From Curvularia clavata (taxonomy: Eukaryota), in the NCBI GenBank assembly GCA_023920165.1, contig CP089280.1, positions 930,001 to 994,000 on the forward strand: a stretch of DNA of 64,000 bases, written 5' to 3'. The position numbers and the translations under genes are program-made. This document shows positions 59,775 through 64,000 of this stretch, piece after piece. Numbering within the stretch: the first letter of the stretch is position 1; each line of letters begins with the position of its first letter. The notes beneath the pieces were generated by a model, which did not search any database, was not told the DNA's origin, and saw only the letters and a program-made list of their open reading frames with translations.

Positions 59775-59972
59775 CTATGTCCTGCTACTGGAGATATGGT
59801 ACTTGCAGTTTGGACAAAGGTCGTCGCTGGTAACCGCTCCCAGATTCTCGGCATACTCACAAGGCACATGATGACCATTGGCAAACCGAGACCGGCAACA
59901 TGGCTCGCCAACAAACTGATCGCGCCCCCAGTGACGACAGGGCCGATGGAAGACGTGTTCAACGTAGCACAT
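59775..59972 (-). CDS. Small Cys/His-rich putative zinc-binding protein, possibly truncated by premature TAG
   Basis: acaATG start; MCYVEHVFHRPCRHWG..PCCRS..PCEY..LCPNCKY follows the MC..C.H..C..C..CxxC pattern seen in small fungal proteins. Confidence 0.55.
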   Translation of the reverse strand: MCYVEHVFHRPCRHWGRDQFVGEPCCRSRFANGHHVPCEYAENLGAVTSDDLCPNCKYHISSSRT

Positions 59973-61055
59973 TGTGAACTTTCTGATGAGCTTCCGACAG
60001 CAGAGGGTGAGACTTTGTCCTATTTCTTTGTTGAATGTCTCAGGGCGACCACTGACTATTTCTAGTCATAGAAAGACTTGTTCACAATGACCAAACTTGC
60101 AAACAATATCATCGTGAGATACTGTTGCGAAACACCGAAGTCCCTGATTCTGTTTGCCTGTATGGCCACAATCGCATGGTGGTCAACATTGCTCCGTCTT
60201 CCACCTGCCTCTGTCGGGGAACCGGGTTTGAGGCTGACATCGGCTGCAGCGGCATCAATGCCGCTTTGCCAATATCAATACGCGCTGTTGTGCCATCTGT
60301 ACAATTGTCAGTTTCCGTTGAGCTCTCCGCTCAAGTCTTACTGCTGCTGGCGTGGCGCGGAATTTGGACAAGCGACGGCTTGGCCCGATCTTGCCGAGAC
60401 AACATCTACTAGAACATTTCCGCCTTAGAAGGCCCTTGAAAAGTTTCTGCTTATGTTAGCTGTCGCCTGAGCAATCAATCAGGCACCTGTCGGCATCTCC
60501 GTCTGGACTAGTTGGTTGGGTAATGGGGTCGAATCTGGGGGTCTCGAGAAATGTGAATTTGCCCCCAGCACCTGCGAGCAACACCAAACGACCCAACAAT
60601 TTTACCCCAGATCTACCCTGCGACCATCCCACTGGCGCCGGTCCCTAAGGCCTAGCCGCCTCCCGTCGGTCATATCCTTGGTGGCCCCCCATTTCGTCCC
60701 GACCGTCTTATTCAGTGCAGCGGCTTGCCTCCTGCAGGTACACCCGCCTCTCAACACCCAACCAGCGGCAAAGGGTGCTGCAAGTCATTGCCCAGGACAG
60801 TAGCAAGGGGCCGTGCGAAGATGGTGTCGAGATGTGCATGATGGATACCCCCAATGGGCACAAGAGCAGGACAATGAGCACGTCACGGCGCCAAGGGGAT
60901 CAGATTGGCAGCAAGGCCATGACGAAAGCATGATGAGCCCGTGCCAGGCGTTCTCTACATGCCATGGGCGGATCTGGATCTATTTCAACCCCTGGTGGTG
61001 TTGTATCCTATCGGTGTAGGCCACACGTGCCAGCGCTTGCCCAGGACCATCCACC

Positions 61056-62810
61056 CTATCTGATAAGACGTATGCGAACCATACACACGCCGTCTTTGAC
61101 TTTATCAGCAGCGATCTATCATCTGGGGAAACCAACAAGCCTTCTGGGACCCCTCGAGCACATGGAAAGGCCCGCAGCTTTGCCTAAAGCGGACATGACA
61201 CCGCCACACGCACGGCTCAGGACATGCAGGACGAATGCGAGGCCACGCTGGCTTTTATAGCAGCCTTTTTGGAAGAGATGGGGTCCTTTTTGCCGTGGTC
61301 GCGTGTGTATATCTCAACTCACGATGGATGTTGTGTTGCCGGCACATGTCACACACACGGGCCGGCGCGCCGTTACTCGATGGGCCTACGTAAAAGCGGA
61401 AAGGCATTTTTCCCCTTATCTTTTGGACCAGGGGGGGGGGCTGAGGTCTTGGCGGATCGACGCACGCCCGCAACCCCGCTAGACCCAACGTTCTGCACAC
61501 AAGAGAGTGGTCCCGACATCGCGATGCGGCTTTTTTTGCCCTGGTCGGGACAAATGGTTGCGGTGGACGGGATAGTTTATTGGTGCGTGGGGTTTGATGT
61601 GTGATAGGGGAATGCATTTGCATTTGCATTTACTTTTGCTTCAGAGTCCGCGCGTGCATGGAGAGTAATGGCGGTGGCACGAGCAAGACGAGACGAGGGG
61701 AGGCGAGCGAGAGGACCGATGAGCTGACTGTGTTGCATGGAAGCGGGCTGCAGAAGAAAGTTGTGGGGTCGGCGTGGAAATCTCTCAGTCTGTGCCTGGA
61801 GAGTGGCGGGCCCAATGAGCATGGCGCCATTGCACCGTACCAAGGGACCCAGCGGGTTTCTGGAACAATGCACGTCCAGGACCAGAAAGACGATGCGGAC
61901 ACACCGGCTGGGACACGAGGGCTTAGGGCGCGGAAAACGATTAACTTGACTACAAGAAACACGGCGACAGCGTGTTGAGTGATGGCGGCATGACGAGGCC
62001 GAGTAACTCAAATGCATGCCATTGGCCGCAATTCGTCTTATCGCCCCCGCGACGTCAGTCCGGGGCCTTGGGCAACGGAGCCCTTGCAAAGACCGCAGCG
62101 GCGGCATATGCAGGTGTCGCAAGGCGTGAGCACGCAGGGACTGGGCAGCCTGTGTTGGGCACACAGAGGCAGCACTGGACTCGACCGACACGATAGCGGC
62201 AAAACGGCAAATGGCAAGAATAGCAGTGGTGGAGCGGTGTGTGCAATGGCAATACGCTTTCCTGGGCCCCAGCGGATTGCCATGACCAATACAGCCATGC
62301 TGAGGCGACGGGTAAATTTAGCTACACTCTGCCTATAGCGACGGTTTCCAGCGTCGCCGCGGTCAAAGTCGGAACCTGCTGGGGCTGTGCGTTCCGAGCG
62401 CCGCGCCAAACCGAAAGCGGGCGCCCGGGGAGGAATGGGGCCGCCAGTCACCAAACATCAACACGCAGCCAGCAAGCACTGCACACGCAGTTTGAATGCA
62501 GCGCAGTGCACCACCGCAGCCGTGGCGCCGAGATTGCTGCCAGATTCCTCAGGGGGCTGCGCGCCGGCGTCAGCGCAACAACAGCACGGGCGCGGCGTGG
62601 GCTCAGCGCGCTGGGGGTTGCGCCGTGTGGTTGCGCGTTTAGAGAAAGCGATTGCTGCTTCATCCCACGGATACAGTTCGGCGACGGCTCTTGGCTACGG
62701 CCAGCCTAGCCATTATCTGACCACGACTAGCCCCGCCACATGCCGAGACAGTCACCTCAATCATCCACTCTTACCTTATAACTGAACCCCCAGCCCGCTA
62801 TCCTTATCTC
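61056..62810. promoter_or_regulatory. GATA (HGATAR) sites upstream of glutamine synthetase, candidate AreA/NIT2 sites
   Basis: CTATCTGATAAG 61056, TTATCA 61102, CTATCA 61116, TTATCT 61416, TGATAG 61602, TTATCG 62038, TTATCT 62713 and 62804. Confidence 0.45.
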
Positions 62811-62957
62811 TTTCTCCATTCACTCACCCCACTTCTATTCAATCCATACATATAACCCCTCGTCAAGGCCGCCCTCTTGTCGACAGACAGTATCCCTCTT
62901 CCTTCTCCAGCCTTTCGGATTCCTCTCCCATAATCCACGCACATTCAAACCGCAGTC

Positions 62958-64000
62958 ATGGTATGCTGACACCACTTCCACATGGCCAGCTGGCCTCTCA
63001 TGTCCGACTATTACTCACATGCATCGTAGGCGAACTCAACAATTGTTTCCAATGCTGCCAACGTACGTCCAACTTGCTCGCGTGCTACCGTGCCGACTCC
63101 TCTAACATGCCACAACAGCTCAAGAAGTACCTTGACCTGCCCCAGAAGGGCAATGTCATGGCCGAGTACGTCTGGATAGATGGCTCCAACGGCATCCGCT
63201 CAAAATCAAAGGTGAGCCATTTTCCCCATATTTCACGCATCCGATTCCATTCCCGATGCATTTGCGGCATTTCTTGCAGCCTGCGATCACGATCCAGCCT
63301 AGCGTGCGATTTCTGGCTTTCGAGCCTAGTGAGTACCAGAAATCGCAAATGCATGGCGGTCCACGACCTGCAGAATGCACCACGGTGACTCTCAGTCGAC
63401 ATCGTGGTTGTCTGCTCGTGTGACGTACCTTGCGCCAATCGGTGCTGCTGCAGGTCGAGTTGGGTGTTCCTTATCGCGACCCCACGATAAGCCGACCTCC
63501 AGCCACAGATCGCGGGCGGAAGGAACTCCAGCTTCTGACGTCGGCCCCCACCCACCACCCTTGCTTTTCCAGCCCACGTCCCATTACACGCCATGCATAC
63601 TGACATCAGTCGCAGACCCTGAAGAAGAAGGTTGAGAGCCTTGCCGACCTCCCAGAATGGAACTTTGACGGTTCATCGACGGGTCAGGCGCCCGGCGAAA
63701 ATTCCGACGTCTACCTCCGCCCCGTCGCATACTTCCCCGATCCTTTCCGTCTGGGCGACAATGTCCTCGTCATGTGCGAGACCTACAACTCGGACGGCCA
63801 GCCCAACGCATACAACTTCCGCCACGATGCCGCCATAATCTTCGAGAAGCACAAGGCCGCCGACTTCTGGTTCGGTCTTGAGCAGGAGTACACTCTTCTT
63901 GACGAGTTTGGCTGGCCATATGGCTGGCCCAAGAACGGTTTCCCTGCTCCCCAGGGCCCTTACTACTGCGGTGTCGGTACCGGCAAGGTCTTCTGCCGTG
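62958..64000 (+). CDS. GLN1: Glutamine synthetase (type II), 5' part
   Basis: Exons 62958-62960 (ATG only), 63030-63062, 63119-63211, 63616 to end. [61 protein letters not shown]. Confidence 0.97.

Noticed and set aside
60000..62800. Numerous 60-200-aa ORFs upstream of GLN1
   Set aside because: GC-rich intergenic chance ORFs on both strands with no protein-like features.

Overview
Genomic DNA of a filamentous ascomycete: short spliceosomal introns of about 50 nt, a dispersed 5S rRNA gene and RIP-like TpA-rich decayed tracts. A Dothideomycete/Pleosporales origin is my impression only. Core-type genes include a RING-H2 ligase, a fungal-specific transcription factor, Rsm1/Pml39, MET22, a Zn-type dehydrogenase, a FAD amine oxidase, a PGM-like phosphatase, an Mtr-like permease, a tyrosinase, D-lactate dehydrogenase and the 5' part of glutamine synthetase. 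They flank an accessory, defence-like island at about 16-34.5 kb. Its centrepiece is a head-to-head pair: a HET-S-like HeLo effector and an NB-ARC/TPR NLR that share a RHIM-like PP amyloid motif (N-x-G-L-Q-[IV]-G-x-N). The island also holds a NADAR gene, a BTB gene, a pogo/Fot1 remnant, a 2-TM orphan and a frameshifted HeLo-LisH fusion. A smaller accessory patch at 50-51.6 kb holds a divergent 5S gene, a WD40-NLR remnant and a 6-Cys secreted peptide with a CxC...CC framework. Four of about 25 hand-modelled introns appear to use GC donors. All gene models were spliced by hand and no database searches were run.
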